In this document: piece by piece, positions 51,431 through 61,820 of the stretch
How positions within the stretch are numbered: position 1 is the stretch's first letter
Layout: every line of letters begins with the position of its first letter
From: Candidatus Latescibacterota bacterium
Lineage (GTDB): Bacteria > Latescibacterota > UBA2968 > UBA8231
Assembly (NCBI GenBank): GCA_965206595.1
Contig: OZ242214.1
Span: forward strand, 2,528,001 to 2,592,000
Reading direction: 5' to 3'
DNA length: 64,000 nt
Made by a program: the position numbers and the translations under genes
The notes under the pieces: generated by a model
Seen by the model: only the letters and a program-made list of their open reading frames with translations
Database searches by the model: none
What the model was told of the DNA's origin: nothing

Positions 51431-52885
51431 CTACATCGGCCCGACACGGCGGGGACCCCGGTCCATCGCCAGCATGGAGGCGTCGAAGCTCCGCTTCATC
51501 AGCTCGAGCTTCAACGGCTGCGCCTCCGGCTCCGACCACATGTTCTCGAACTCCTCCGGGTCCTCGTCAAGGTCGTACAGCTCTCCCTCGTCGTGGCCGT
51601 GGTAGACGACGAGCTTGTAGCGCTCGTTGCGGTACATGGTGGCGAAGGTGCCGTCCGGCAGATCGACGGCGTCGTAGTACTCGCAGCGCACGAAGTCGCG
51701 GTGCTCCACCTCCTCGCCGCTGAGCAGCGGCAGCAGGGAACGGCCCTGCATGCCCCCGGGCACCTCCAGCCCTGCCAGTTCCAGCAGGGTCGGCGCGATG
51801 TCGAGGAGCTCCACCAGGGCGTCGCAGCGAAGGTCGCTGCAGAGCCTCGGCGGGCAGGAGAAGATCAGCGGCACCCGCACCAGCCCCTCGTAGAAGCGGC
51901 AGCCCTTCTGGATGAGACCGTGGTCGCCGAGCATCTCCCCGTGATCGCTGGTGAAGATGACGACCGTGTCCTCGAGCTGCCCGCTGTCCTCGAGGGCCTG
52001 CACGATGTCGCCGACGCGGTCGTCGATCAGCTCGATCATCGCGTAGTACGCCGCCTGCAGGGTGCGGGCGTCGCGGTCGGTGAAATCCCCCTCCGCAGGC
52101 GCCGCCGCTCCCGCCCCCGGAGTCTTCGGCGTCAGCGGATTCCGGATGTCGAGCTGGCCGGGGCGGCGCCCCTTTGACTGGAAATCGACCGCGGCGAGGC
52201 GGTGCTGCTGCTCGAGGTCGCTTTCGGCGAACAGCGGCCCGGGCATGCGCTCGCGGTCGAAGCGGTCGCGGTACTGCTTGGGCGGGTTGAACGGCGGATG
52301 CGGGTCGTAGATGTTGACGCTCGCCAGCCACGGCCCCTGCCGTTCCCCGGTGATGAACTCGATCGTCTTCTCGGCGCACCAGGTGGTCTGGTGCAACTCC
52401 GCCGGGACCCCGTCCCGGTCGGCGATCAGGGTGCCGAGGACCTCTCCCTTCGAACGCACCCAGTCGGCGTAGTCGTGCCCCTGCTCCCAGTCGTCGCGCG
52501 GGGCGTGGCTGTACTGCCAGTAGCGGTAGCCGTCGTCGGTGCGCGGCTCGATGCGGCCGCTGGCGCTGGCCAGGTGCAGCTTGCCGATCAGGCCGCAGTC
52601 GTACCCGGCGCCGGCGAGCGTTCTGGTGACCAGCTCGGGGGCCTCGGGGGGAAAGGACTCGTTGCCGTTTCCCAGCACGTGCACGGCGCTGGGGTAGCAG
52701 CCGGTCAGAAAGCTCGCCCGGCTCGGAGTGCAGATCGGGCTCTGGCAGTAGGCGCGGGTGAAGCTGACACCGCTGCGCACGATCCTGTCGATGTTGGGAG
52801 TCGAGACCAGCCTGTTGCCGAGCGCGCCGATGGTGTCGTAGCGCTGCTGGTCGGTGCAGATCCAGAGAATGTTGGGGCGTTTCAT
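51431..52885 (-). CDS. Sulfatase (Cys-type)
   Basis: PNILWICTDQ, CTPSRAS, GKLH, SDHGEM. Confidence 0.93.
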   Translation of the reverse strand: MKRPNILWICTDQQRYDTIGALGNRLVSTPNIDRIVRSGVSFTRAYCQSPICTPSRASFLTGCYPSAVHVLGNGNESFPPEAPELVTRTLAGAGYDCGLIGKLHLASASGRIEPRTDDGYRYWQYSHAPRDDWEQGHDYADWVRSKGEVLGTLIADRDGVPAELHQTTWCAEKTIEFITGERQGPWLASVNIYDPHPPFNPPKQYRDRFDRERMPGPLFAESDLEQQHRLAAVDFQSKGRRPGQLDIRNPLTPKTPGAGAAAPAEGDFTDRDARTLQAAYYAMIELIDDRVGDIVQALEDSGQLEDTVVIFTSDHGEMLGDHGLIQKGCRFYEGLVRVPLIFSCPPRLCSDLRCDALVELLDIAPTLLELAGLEVPGGMQGRSLLPLLSGEEVEHRDFVRCEYYDAVDLPDGTFATMYRNERYKLVVYHGHDEGELYDLDEDPEEFENMWSEPEAQPLKLELMKRSFDASMLAMDRGPRRVGPM

Positions 52886-52979
52886 CCTGTCTTCTGGTGT
52901 CCTTCGGGGGGCGCGAACCGCTGGAATATAGGTTGGGCAACCCTGCCTGCAATCGCCTCGCGGCAGCCCGAAGGGCGCT

Positions 52980-54299
52980 TCAGCTTTCGGGACCGAAGCG
53001 CTCCCGCACCAACTCGAGGGCAGCCTCGCGGGAGCGGACCGCACCCTCGAGCTGGGCGTCCTCCACCGCGGTGAGGATCTCTTTGAAGCGGGGGCCCGGG
53101 GCAAACCCCATGGCGATGAGGTCGGCGCCGCTGATCAGGGGAGGCGGCTCGAGGTCCTCCCTGCCCTCCTGCTCGAGCCGCTCGCTGCAGAAATCGTGCA
53201 GGTCGAGCAGCCCGTGGCTGGCGAGGCAGTCGATGCGGTGCAGCTCGAGCAGCTCCGGGAAGTACTCCTCGCGCAGGAAGCGCTTGAGCTTGCTCGGCCG
53301 CATCTCCCTGACGTTGCGGAAGCGCATGTGGTGGGCGGTGAGCTCGCCGATCCGCTCGATGTCGGCGTTCGCCATCCGCAAGCGCCGGCATATCTCCCCG
53401 GCCATCCTGGCGCCGACCACCTCGTGCTTGTTGAAGCGGATGCGGTCGGCGACCGCATAGGTGGGCGGCTTGCCGACGTCGTGCAGGAGCACACTCCAAG
53501 CCAGGGTCCGGGGCGGGTCCCGCAGTTGCTCGAGCATCATGCGCACGTGGGTCCAGACGTCCCCTTCCGGGTGGAACTCCGGCGGCTGGGGGACCCCCTC
53601 CATTATTGCCACCTCCGGCAGGATCGCCCGCATCAGGCCGAGGTCCATGAGCAGTTGCGCCCCCGCGGCCGCGCCCCCCTCGGTCAGGATCATGGTCAGC
53701 TCGTCGCGGATCCGTTCGGCGCTGACCGCGGCAATCCGCTCCGCCCCGGCGCGGACCGCCGCCAGGGTCCCGGGTTCGATGGCGAAGTCGAGGCGGGCGG
53801 CGAAACGGACCGCCCTCAGCATGCGCAGGTAATCCTCCGAGAAGCGCTGGTCCGGGTCCCCGATGGCGCGGATCAGCCTCTTCTCGATATCGGCGCGGCC
53901 CCCGACGTAGTCGATGACGCGGCCGCTGGCGGCGTCGTAGAACATCCCGTTGATGGTGAAGTCCCGGCGCTGCGCGTCCGCCTCCGGGCCGGCGAACTCC
54001 ACCTCCAGAGGGCGGCGGCCGTCCTCGTAATCCCCGTCCTTGCGGAAACGGGCCACCTCGTAGCGGCCGTCCTCGAGTAGGACGGTGATGATGCCGAACC
54101 TGGCGCCGATGGCCAAGGTGCGGTCGAAGAGGCCCCTCACCGCGTCCGGACCGGCGTTGGTGGCGACGTCCCAGTCCTTGGGCTCGCCGCCCATCAGGAG
54201 GTCGCGCACGCAGCCGCCGTTCAGGTAGGCCTGGTACCCGCGGTCGTTCAGGGTGCTCAGGATCCGCAGCGCCCCCGGTTTTACGTCGTCGTTGTTCAC
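52980..54299 (-). CDS. CCA tRNA nucleotidyltransferase/poly(A) polymerase with HD domain
   Basis: GGCVRD, DWDVAT, RRDFTING, EDYLRMLRAVRF, LLHDVGK. Confidence 0.9.
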   Translation of the reverse strand: MNNDDVKPGALRILSTLNDRGYQAYLNGGCVRDLLMGGEPKDWDVATNAGPDAVRGLFDRTLAIGARFGIITVLLEDGRYEVARFRKDGDYEDGRRPLEVEFAGPEADAQRRDFTINGMFYDAASGRVIDYVGGRADIEKRLIRAIGDPDQRFSEDYLRMLRAVRFAARLDFAIEPGTLAAVRAGAERIAAVSAERIRDELTMILTEGGAAAGAQLLMDLGLMRAILPEVAIMEGVPQPPEFHPEGDVWTHVRMMLEQLRDPPRTLAWSVLLHDVGKPPTYAVADRIRFNKHEVVGARMAGEICRRLRMANADIERIGELTAHHMRFRNVREMRPSKLKRFLREEYFPELLELHRIDCLASHGLLDLHDFCSERLEQEGREDLEPPPLISGADLIAMGFAPGPRFKEILTAVEDAQLEGAVRSREAALELVRERFGPES

Positions 54300-54403
54300 G
54301 ATGGCAAAGGTATTGCCTGTAGTGCGTGCGCGCGCAATTCCGCGGGAATTCGGTCGCCGCCCTCGTTCGTACCCTGGCTTACGAGCGCAGGCATCGGGCC
54401 GCA

Positions 54404-54433
54404 TTGACACGTCGCCGCAAGCCCGTTTACCGT
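54404..54433 (+). promoter_or_regulatory. Possible sigma70 promoter for the purH-like gene
   Basis: TTGACA-N18-TACCGT. Confidence 0.35.
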
Positions 54434-54470
54434 AGCGCCGGACCGTTCACCGAATGGAATGGAGACGATA

Positions 54471-55064
54471 ATGACCAGGGTGCGGCGCGCCCTCGTCAGC
54501 ACCGCGGACCGAACCGGGGTCGCGGAGCTGGCGCAGGGACTGGTAGAGCTCGGAGTGGAGATTCTCTCGACCGGTGGAACCGGGGCGGCCCTGAGGGAAA
54601 CCGGAATTCCGGTGACCGAGGTGGCCGAGGTAACCGGCTTTCCCGAGATCCTCGACGGCCGCATCAAGACCCTGCACCCGCGCATCCACGCCGGACTGCT
54701 GGCCCTGCGCGGCAACGACCAGCACGTGGCGACCTTGCGCGAGCACGGCATCGAGCCGATCGACCTGGTCTGCGTCAACCTCTACCCGTTCGAACGGACG
54801 ATCGGCCGCCCCGGCTGCACCCTTGCCGAGGCGATCGAGCAGATCGACATCGGCGGCCCCTGCATGCTGCGTTCCGCGGCCAAGAACTGCGAATCGGTCT
54901 ACGTGCTGAGCTCCCCGGACCAGTACGGGGAGGCCCTGGAAAAGCTGCGGGACTCCGGCGGCGTCATCGACCCGGAGTACGGACGCCGGCTGGCGCTGGA
55001 GGCATACCGGCGCACCGCCCGCTACGACCGCGCCATCGCCTCCTACCTTGCGGAGCAGGTTTGA
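54471..55064 (+). CDS. purH: IMP cyclohydrolase (PurH N-terminal domain only)
   Basis: STGGT, GRIKTLHP, VNLYPF, IDIGGP, AAKN; ends after YDRAIASYL. Confidence 0.85.
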   Translation: MTRVRRALVSTADRTGVAELAQGLVELGVEILSTGGTGAALRETGIPVTEVAEVTGFPEILDGRIKTLHPRIHAGLLALRGNDQHVATLREHGIEPIDLVCVNLYPFERTIGRPGCTLAEAIEQIDIGGPCMLRSAAKNCESVYVLSSPDQYGEALEKLRDSGGVIDPEYGRRLALEAYRRTARYDRAIASYLAEQV

Positions 55065-55094
55065 GCGGATGCCGCGGCGGGCGGTCCCTGCCGC

Positions 55095-55394
55095 TCAGAC
55101 CCGGCTGCCCGACCAGCGCCCCTTCCAGTACTCGCCGAGATCGACTTCCCCTTGGATGCGGTCCCCGCTCGCTTTGCCGGTGAAGCGGTAGGTTGCGCCG
55201 ACCCCCTGGTACTGGATGTCGACGCTCATGTCGATATCCTCTCCAACCACCCTGCCCCCGACTTCGTACTCCCCGTACTGGGAGCGATACCTGCCCGATA
55301 TCGCCGATCCGGCCTGGCTCAGGTGGGCGCCGTGACGGGCCCTGGCGCCGATGAAGTCCACGTCGATCTCCCACTCGCCGCTGAAGATGGCCAT
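55095..55394 (-). CDS. Small all-beta hypothetical protein
   Basis: FSGEWEIDVDF...LGEYWKGRWSG; GGGAGG RBS. Confidence 0.7.
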   Translation of the reverse strand: MAIFSGEWEIDVDFIGARARHGAHLSQAGSAISGRYRSQYGEYEVGGRVVGEDIDMSVDIQYQGVGATYRFTGKASGDRIQGEVDLGEYWKGRWSGSRV

Positions 55395-55661
55395 TGGATC
55401 CACCCCTCCCTTTCATATCTGCCAGGTCAGGGACCCGCTCCGCACGCCTGCGACGACCAAGGATTCAAAGGTTATTCCAGCATCGTGCTGTTTTGAAGCA
55501 GATGCCGAAAGGCACCCTGCCAATCTTCTCGTCTGGACTGGGCCAACTACCCCGTAGCGGAACAGGACGCTCCTGGCCGGTCTGCTGGCGATCCTGCCAC
55601 GGTTCGATATTTTGATAGAAACAATCTCGGTACAAGGCTGCGGGGAACCACCACAAAAAAA

Positions 55662-56174
55662 ATGAGAAAACCATCCAAGCGTTCGGGACTTCCCCCCAGG
55701 CAATCGGAAAACACCAAAAGGCGGCTGTTGAAAGCCCCCTCAAGCGCCTTGATTTCAAAGATGTCGAATTCGGTCACTTACAAGGGCAGTTCCAAGCACA
55801 AGAGGTATCCACACCGGTACGGACTGCCTCAGTTTAGTGGTCAGAGAGGGGACGCTACCCTGTGCGACGATCATGCAAGCTTTGCACCCTCACAGATGTC
55901 CGGAATTCCGGCAATGATCCGTCGAGGACTGCGGGCCGGGCTGATTGGCCACGGGAACCGCATTATTTGGGCAGTGGCGGACGACGGATGGATTTTCGAG
56001 GGGCGCCTGACGAATGTTGCCACGAATGAATTTCATGGGTATCCGGTAAGACCTTCCGAGGCGATCGCCGAACTGGTTTACAAGAGGTTTTCCTCCTGGG
56101 CAAAAACCCGCGGCACTAGTCAGAACCAATTGGCCGCCAAGGCCTGCAGGGACAGGTACGGCTTCAAGCGATGA
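55662..56174 (+). CDS. Small basic hypothetical protein, putative toxin
   Basis: YKGSSKHK...TLCD...RRGLRAG...FHGYP; ATGA overlap with the next gene. Confidence 0.7.
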   Translation: MRKPSKRSGLPPRQSENTKRRLLKAPSSALISKMSNSVTYKGSSKHKRYPHRYGLPQFSGQRGDATLCDDHASFAPSQMSGIPAMIRRGLRAGLIGHGNRIIWAVADDGWIFEGRLTNVATNEFHGYPVRPSEAIAELVYKRFSSWAKTRGTSQNQLAAKACRDRYGFKR

Positions 56175-57451
56175 GTGAATTCAACATCGAAACGCGCAAA
56201 CCGGAATCCCACGAGGACCTGGATCTGCGATGCATCAAGATCAGTTCGGGCGACACCTCGTTCACGCGGCTGATTCGACAAGGTTGTAGCGAACCGGACG
56301 ACTATCTACGTGTTCCCCCCGCACAGCTGGCCTTTTGGCTCATCGACAACTGGTGGCGGCTCCGCTGGGAACCACCGTCAGGCTCCTTTGTGCCAGAGTG
56401 GCGACTGGCGCACGACCTGTCATCCATCGGAGGGGGATACATTTGGCCGCGGGTGGCAATATGGGGCGAGGGGCACAGGATAGGTATTACTTCGCATGAA
56501 GATCATTCGGATTCATTGCGATTTCTTACGAGCGGCTTGTTCTATGTAGCGGCTTCTGCCGTGGAAGACAGTATCGACCAGTTCATCAATTCGCTTCTCG
56601 AAGATTCAATCTCCGATCGCCAGGCACTGGGGACAGCGTACGCGGCCCTGTTACAGGAAAGGGACGACAAGGACATAGGTACCTGGCGGAAAGTGGAGGC
56701 CAAGCTGGGATTCGATGTGGATGAGGCACCGGAAACGCTCATTGAGCGCTTGGCGGTTTTGATTGAGCAGTACGGCGAAGAGGCTATTGAAGAAGCGGCC
56801 CTCGCCCATCAGGGAGGCGATTCGGCGACTGTGCTCCAAGAGGAGATGAAGGCCGCTCGCACCTCGAACATTCGGATGGAGCTGCCCAAGGACGTTCGGG
56901 AGATAAAACTTGGTCCGCATCGAGCTTTGATCCCACCGTGGCAACTAGCTGAGAAGGCCGCTACGGACTTGCGCAAGCAGCTTTCGATCCCGCCCGGCCC
57001 TATCCTCAACAGGCTCCTTGGCGAGGTTTTCGCTATCAACGTGCAGACTTTCCTGACCAGGCGGGGTCCCTCCCGGCTTAGATACGGCCTTCGCCTCAGA
57101 GATGGCGATGGCGAGGCCAGCTTGGTGGCTTTGGAGAAAAGACGGTCAGATGCGCGCAGGTTTGAACTATGTCGTATGCTCGGAGACGTGATCTGGTCGG
57201 GTAACGACAAGTTGGGGCCGGTTTCCACCGCAAAGTCGGCTCGCCAGAAGTTCCAGAGAGCCTTTGCGCAGAGCTTCCTGTGTCCCTTTGCCGACCTTGA
57301 GGAGTACCTGGAAAACGACCACCCGACAGATGAGGGCATACATGCCGCCGCGCACCATTTTCTTGTTTCCGAACTCATGGTGCAGTCGCTTTTGGTCAAC
57401 AAGGGCGTAATGGCGCGTCGTGAAGTGGAGGAACGGATTGACGCGGCCTGA
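56171..57451 (+). CDS. ImmA/IrrE-like domain protein with degenerate zinc motif
   Basis: LAFWLIDNWWRLRWEP...RRFELCRMLGD...RAFAQSFLCP...FLVS. Confidence 0.75.
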   Translation: MSEFNIETRKPESHEDLDLRCIKISSGDTSFTRLIRQGCSEPDDYLRVPPAQLAFWLIDNWWRLRWEPPSGSFVPEWRLAHDLSSIGGGYIWPRVAIWGEGHRIGITSHEDHSDSLRFLTSGLFYVAASAVEDSIDQFINSLLEDSISDRQALGTAYAALLQERDDKDIGTWRKVEAKLGFDVDEAPETLIERLAVLIEQYGEEAIEEAALAHQGGDSATVLQEEMKAARTSNIRMELPKDVREIKLGPHRALIPPWQLAEKAATDLRKQLSIPPGPILNRLLGEVFAINVQTFLTRRGPSRLRYGLRLRDGDGEASLVALEKRRSDARRFELCRMLGDVIWSGNDKLGPVSTAKSARQKFQRAFAQSFLCPFADLEEYLENDHPTDEGIHAAAHHFLVSELMVQSLLVNKGVMARREVEERIDAA

Positions 57452-57694
57452 GATCGCCTCCATTGGCAAAGGGAATTTCAAGGCGGCCGGATATAGCAGA
57501 ATACTCGTTCGCATGCAGCATACCCTGATGCTGCCCTCCCCATCTCCTTCCGGACGCCGGTCTCGATCTGTCTCTGCGCATGAACTGGGCGGTTGGAAAT
57601 TGCCACGGGCAAGCTCCGATGTCAGGGCACCACCTCCGACCAATAGAAACCCTGTCCCCGCCCCGGCGGGACAGCACCGACCGAGCAGACGGAC

Positions 57695-58576
57695 ATGCCC
57701 CGAAGAATCAACCGACCCATAGAGCTTCTCGAGCAGGACCAGCCGGTCTATTACGTCGGAGGCCACACCGGGCACGTCCTCACCCGCGGGCAGGGCATCG
57801 CGGACGCCGGAACCTGGGCCGACTATATCAACGTCGGCATGGAGCACGGGGCCTTCGACATGACCGGTCTGGACGCCTACATGCAGGGACTGATCGAGGG
57901 CCCGACCAACAGCGGCCACCGCACCCCTGCGGTCATCGTCGAGGCCCCCGTCGAGGCCTCGGGGGAGCAGATTGTCCGCTTCAACGCCTGGCAGTTCCGG
58001 CAGATACTGGCGCGCGGAGTGCACGGCATCCTCCTCTGCCAGGCGGAAACGCCGGATGCGGTCAGGGCGTTCGTCGAGTCCTGCCGCTACCCTGTCGCCC
58101 GGATCGGCGAAGGCCGCGGGTTGGGCATCGGGACCCGGGGAGTGGGCGCCGAGCCCTCGGCGGCCCACGTGTGGGGCGTTGACGCTGAAGAGTACGTCCG
58201 CCGCGCCGACCCGTGGCCGCTCAATCCCGAGGGGGAGCTCCTGCTCGGCCTCAAGGTGGAGTCCGCCCGGGGCGTGCACACCATCGAGCAGATGCTCTCC
58301 GTTCCGGGGATCGGATTCGCCGAAATGGGCCCGGGCGACCTGCACATGTCCTACCGCATACCGCGTTTGCCCGGGCCCTACACCGACCCGCGGATCATCG
58401 AGGCTCGCGAAAGGGTCAAGGCGGCCTGCGACGCCAACGGCGTTTCCTTTCTGGAGGCGGCCACCCCCGAAACCGTCAGGAAGGCCATAGACGAAGGGGT
58501 CCGCATCATCGCCGGCCACGGGGAGGACACGGCCGAGGTGGGGAGGGGCTACACCAACCGCAGGATGCCGGTGTAG
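57695..58576 (+). CDS. HpcH/HpaI aldolase-like protein
   Basis: GMEHG, CRYP, LKVES, GPGDL. Confidence 0.75.
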   Translation: MPRRINRPIELLEQDQPVYYVGGHTGHVLTRGQGIADAGTWADYINVGMEHGAFDMTGLDAYMQGLIEGPTNSGHRTPAVIVEAPVEASGEQIVRFNAWQFRQILARGVHGILLCQAETPDAVRAFVESCRYPVARIGEGRGLGIGTRGVGAEPSAAHVWGVDAEEYVRRADPWPLNPEGELLLGLKVESARGVHTIEQMLSVPGIGFAEMGPGDLHMSYRIPRLPGPYTDPRIIEARERVKAACDANGVSFLEAATPETVRKAIDEGVRIIAGHGEDTAEVGRGYTNRRMPV

Positions 58577-58793
58577 TCAGAGCAATCATCCAATGAGAAC
58601 AAGCATCCACTTGACAAAAAAAGGAGCGCACCCGGAATTACTGTGATGTGGGAAAGCCCATATCTTGGGTTCACAGGTATAAACCCAGTCCCGCGCTGTG
58701 GAGTAGATCGCGATCTAAAGATGCATGCATACTTACCCATTCAGGATTGGGTTAATCGGGCACAAGAAATTTTCGCAAAAAGAAAGGAACCAT

Positions 58794-60634
58794 ATGGAGA
58801 TTTCACCAGAAAAACAAAATATCGATCGTGTATTTTCAACGACGACATACCATATCGATTTTTATCAAAGAGACTACCGGTGGGGAGATGAGCCGGTAAA
58901 ACGGCTCCTCGACGATTTGTTCTACAAATTCAACGAGCAATACGAACGATCAAATGATCTCGACCCAAATCAGGAAAATATAGCGGGAAAATATCCTTGG
59001 TACTATTTGAACACGTATGTAACAAATACCATTGATGGAAGAGTCTACGTAGTAGATGGCCAACAACGCCTGACAACACTATCACTCATCCTGATCAAGT
59101 TACGGCATATGGCCGTCCTCATGGGTTCAAATCTCGAACGCTGGATTAGTTCTAAAATCGCCGGCCATTCTGGATACGAAACAATGTTTTGGATGAACCA
59201 TATTGACCATGCTGAGACACAAAGGGCCCTTTTCAAAAACGCCTCGATGAAGGAGATTCCAGATAAGACAGGAATAACCGCAGAAAACATGAAAGGGAAT
59301 TACGAGACAATCAGAGAATACCTTGATGATTCACTCCCAAATAAGCACAAATTTGAAACGTTCGTGTTTTATCTTCTTCATCGTGTCGTACTAATAAACC
59401 TGGCAGTTGAACAAACGGATGTGCCAATGGTATTTGAGGTTATAAATGATCGAGGAGTCCAGCTCAGACCCTATGAGATTTTGAAAGGAAAGCTTCTCGG
59501 CCAGATTGAAAAACGCGAATTGGACATGGAGGGATATCGTCATCTTTGGGAAAATAAGGCAGCAGAAATAAACTTTTATAACGAGCACCAATTCGACGAA
59601 TTCTTCAGGTTTTTTTAAGTGCAAAATTTGCAAAAGATCGGAGAGAAGGACAACTGTTTGATGGCAACTATCACCGAATGATGTTTACGGAGGAAATGGA
59701 CAAAAGACTCCATCTCGACCATAATCCAAGCGGGGTGAAAAATTTTCTGAAAAGCCAGTTTTCCTACTATAGCAGCTTATACGCAAAAGTGCTCAATGTT
59801 TATGAAACCCGAACTTCCGGATACGATTCTGTATACTATAACCATCTTCTCGATCTAGATGCTCCGTTTCTGTTGGTTCTTTCTGCCTGCGAACTCAATG
59901 ATCCTGAGGAAGATGGAAAAATTGTGGCAATCGCCAAGGAAATCGATCGTTACTTTGCATTACTGCAGCTTCAGAACGCGTACGATAGTAACGACTTTGC
60001 TGACTCTCTCTATTCAATCTCAGAATCAATTCGAAATGCAGGGCCAGAAAGTTACCGTGGGGCGTTTGATTTAAAACTAGTAGAAGCATTAGAAAACCAT
60101 CTAAATAGATCAAATGCGGAGCCACTAAGTTATTCGACCTTTAAGCAGACCGGAATAAACCTTAATTTGCGATTTAAACGTTACTTCTTTGCGAGAATTG
60201 ACGAATTCCTAGCCGAAAATATGAATCTTAGCCCCAAACATGACATTGCCGATCTCGTGACTCGGACCGGGTATAAAACAGGGTTTCATGTTGAACATAT
60301 ACTATCCTACAATTCCGAAAATCCTTCCCTTTTTCACAACGATGATGAGCTATTTGAACAGGAAAGAAACAGGCTGGGAGGAATCCTCCTTCTAAAGGGG
60401 AAGGACAATATTTCAAGTGGAAATGAATCTTACCAAGAAAAACTCCGCACCTATGCTAACACGTTGCACTGGAATGAGACTTTGCGAGAAGATAGTTATA
60501 AATCCAAACTCGACATGAGTAGTTTTCAAAGGAAATTCAATCTCGATTTGGGCCCACTTAATCGCTACGGACCCGAGGAACTAGAAACAAGACACCGTCT
60601 GCTCTTTGAAATGACCAAGATCATTTGGGCTTGA
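58794..60634 (+). pseudogene. GmrSD-like DUF262-DUF1524 (HNH) restriction nuclease, frameshifted at T7 59610-59616
   Basis: FYQRDYRW, VDGQQRLTT, FEVINDRG; HVEHIL...NRLGGILLL...N; AT-rich. Confidence 0.85.
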
Positions 60635-60716
60635 TTCGGTGCCTAAAAATAACTTTATTTAGTTAAAGTTTCAAAACCAGGTCATTGCTCTGGAAAATTC
60701 CTCTATACAATACCCT

Positions 60717-61820
60717 CTAACCGGCCCCTGACAACAGCTCCGCCAGCCGGCGGGCGACGATCTCGTCCTCGCCCTTTTCCATCACATGCGCGGCCACCGT
60801 TACTCCCCCGGCCGAGGCGCTCAGCTCTATGCGGGGATCCCCCGCGGACAGCTCCCGCTCGACCTCGGCCGGGGCGATGCCCACGGCCTCGGCGTCCCAG
60901 GTGATCTCGAGGATCGGGGCGACGTTGGAGCGGCCGGGCTGGCGGATGCTCGTCGCCACCGGGCCGATACCCTCGACCGCGGCCGCCACCGTCGCCAGGC
61001 GGCGCTCCCACTGCCTCCACTCCGCCTCGTGGTCGCGCGCCACCCACTGTTCGACCGCGGCCAGCAGCCCCATCACCTCTTCCTTGCCGGCCTTCATCGG
61101 CCGCCCGATCGAGTGGTGGGGGGCCCCGTTGAGGAAGGCGACCCGCAGCAGTTCCTTGCGCCCGAGCACCAGCCCGGAGGACTGCGGGCCGCGCAGACAC
61201 TTGCCGCCGCTGTAGGCCACGGCGTCGACGCCGTCGGTGAGGTACCTGTTGGGGACGTCGGGCCGCTCCGCGGCGGCGTCGACGAGCGAGGGGATGCCGC
61301 GGGCTCTTCCGCAGGCGGCCATCTCCGCCACGGAGATCTCGCCGCGGTCGGCGGCGTCTCCCATCATCAGCAGCAGGGCGGTGCGGTCCCCCACTGCCCG
61401 CTCGAGCTCCTCCCGGGTGCGCACCTCGATCATCCTCACCCCGACGGCGCGCACCGCGTGGTCGTACACGTGGCGATGGCTGGGCTGCACGATCACCTCG
61501 TTTTTCATGCCGGCGGTGTCGGGCAGGCGCTCGATCTTCTCCGGATCCCCGCCGGCCACCGCCGCGGCCGTCACCTGCGCGAGCGCCGCAGCGCATCCGT
61601 TGACCACCAGTCCCCACTCGCACTGCATCAGCCCGGCGATACGCCTGCCGACCGCTTCGGCCAGCTCGTCGAGGTGGACGTAGCTCCGGGAAGCGGCCGT
61701 CATGGCCGCGCGCACCTCCGGCAGCAGCAGCGAGCCGCTGATGATGGTGTAATAGCCGCGGCAGTTGATCAGGGGCCTGACGTCGATGGCGCCGTACGTG
61801 GGAAAGCGGAGATCGCTCAT
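60717..61820 (-). CDS. SelA-like/DgaE-family PLP-dependent enzyme
   Basis: RPLINCRG, VDAAAE, YSGGKCLRGPQSSG, IGRPMKAGKEE. Confidence 0.8.
   Translation of the reverse strand: MSDLRFPTYGAIDVRPLINCRGYYTIISGSLLLPEVRAAMTAASRSYVHLDELAEAVGRRIAGLMQCEWGLVVNGCAAALAQVTAAAVAGGDPEKIERLPDTAGMKNEVIVQPSHRHVYDHAVRAVGVRMIEVRTREELERAVGDRTALLLMMGDAADRGEISVAEMAACGRARGIPSLVDAAAERPDVPNRYLTDGVDAVAYSGGKCLRGPQSSGLVLGRKELLRVAFLNGAPHHSIGRPMKAGKEEVMGLLAAVEQWVARDHEAEWRQWERRLATVAAAVEGIGPVATSIRQPGRSNVAPILEITWDAEAVGIAPAEVERELSAGDPRIELSASAGGVTVAAHVMEKGEDEIVARRLAELLSGAG

Noticed and set aside
54300-54470. ZTP riboswitch upstream of purH
   Set aside because: Consensus elements were not found by eye.
60717-61820. True selenocysteine synthase selA
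   Set aside because: Shorter than canonical SelA, with DgaE-like motifs and no selB adjacent.
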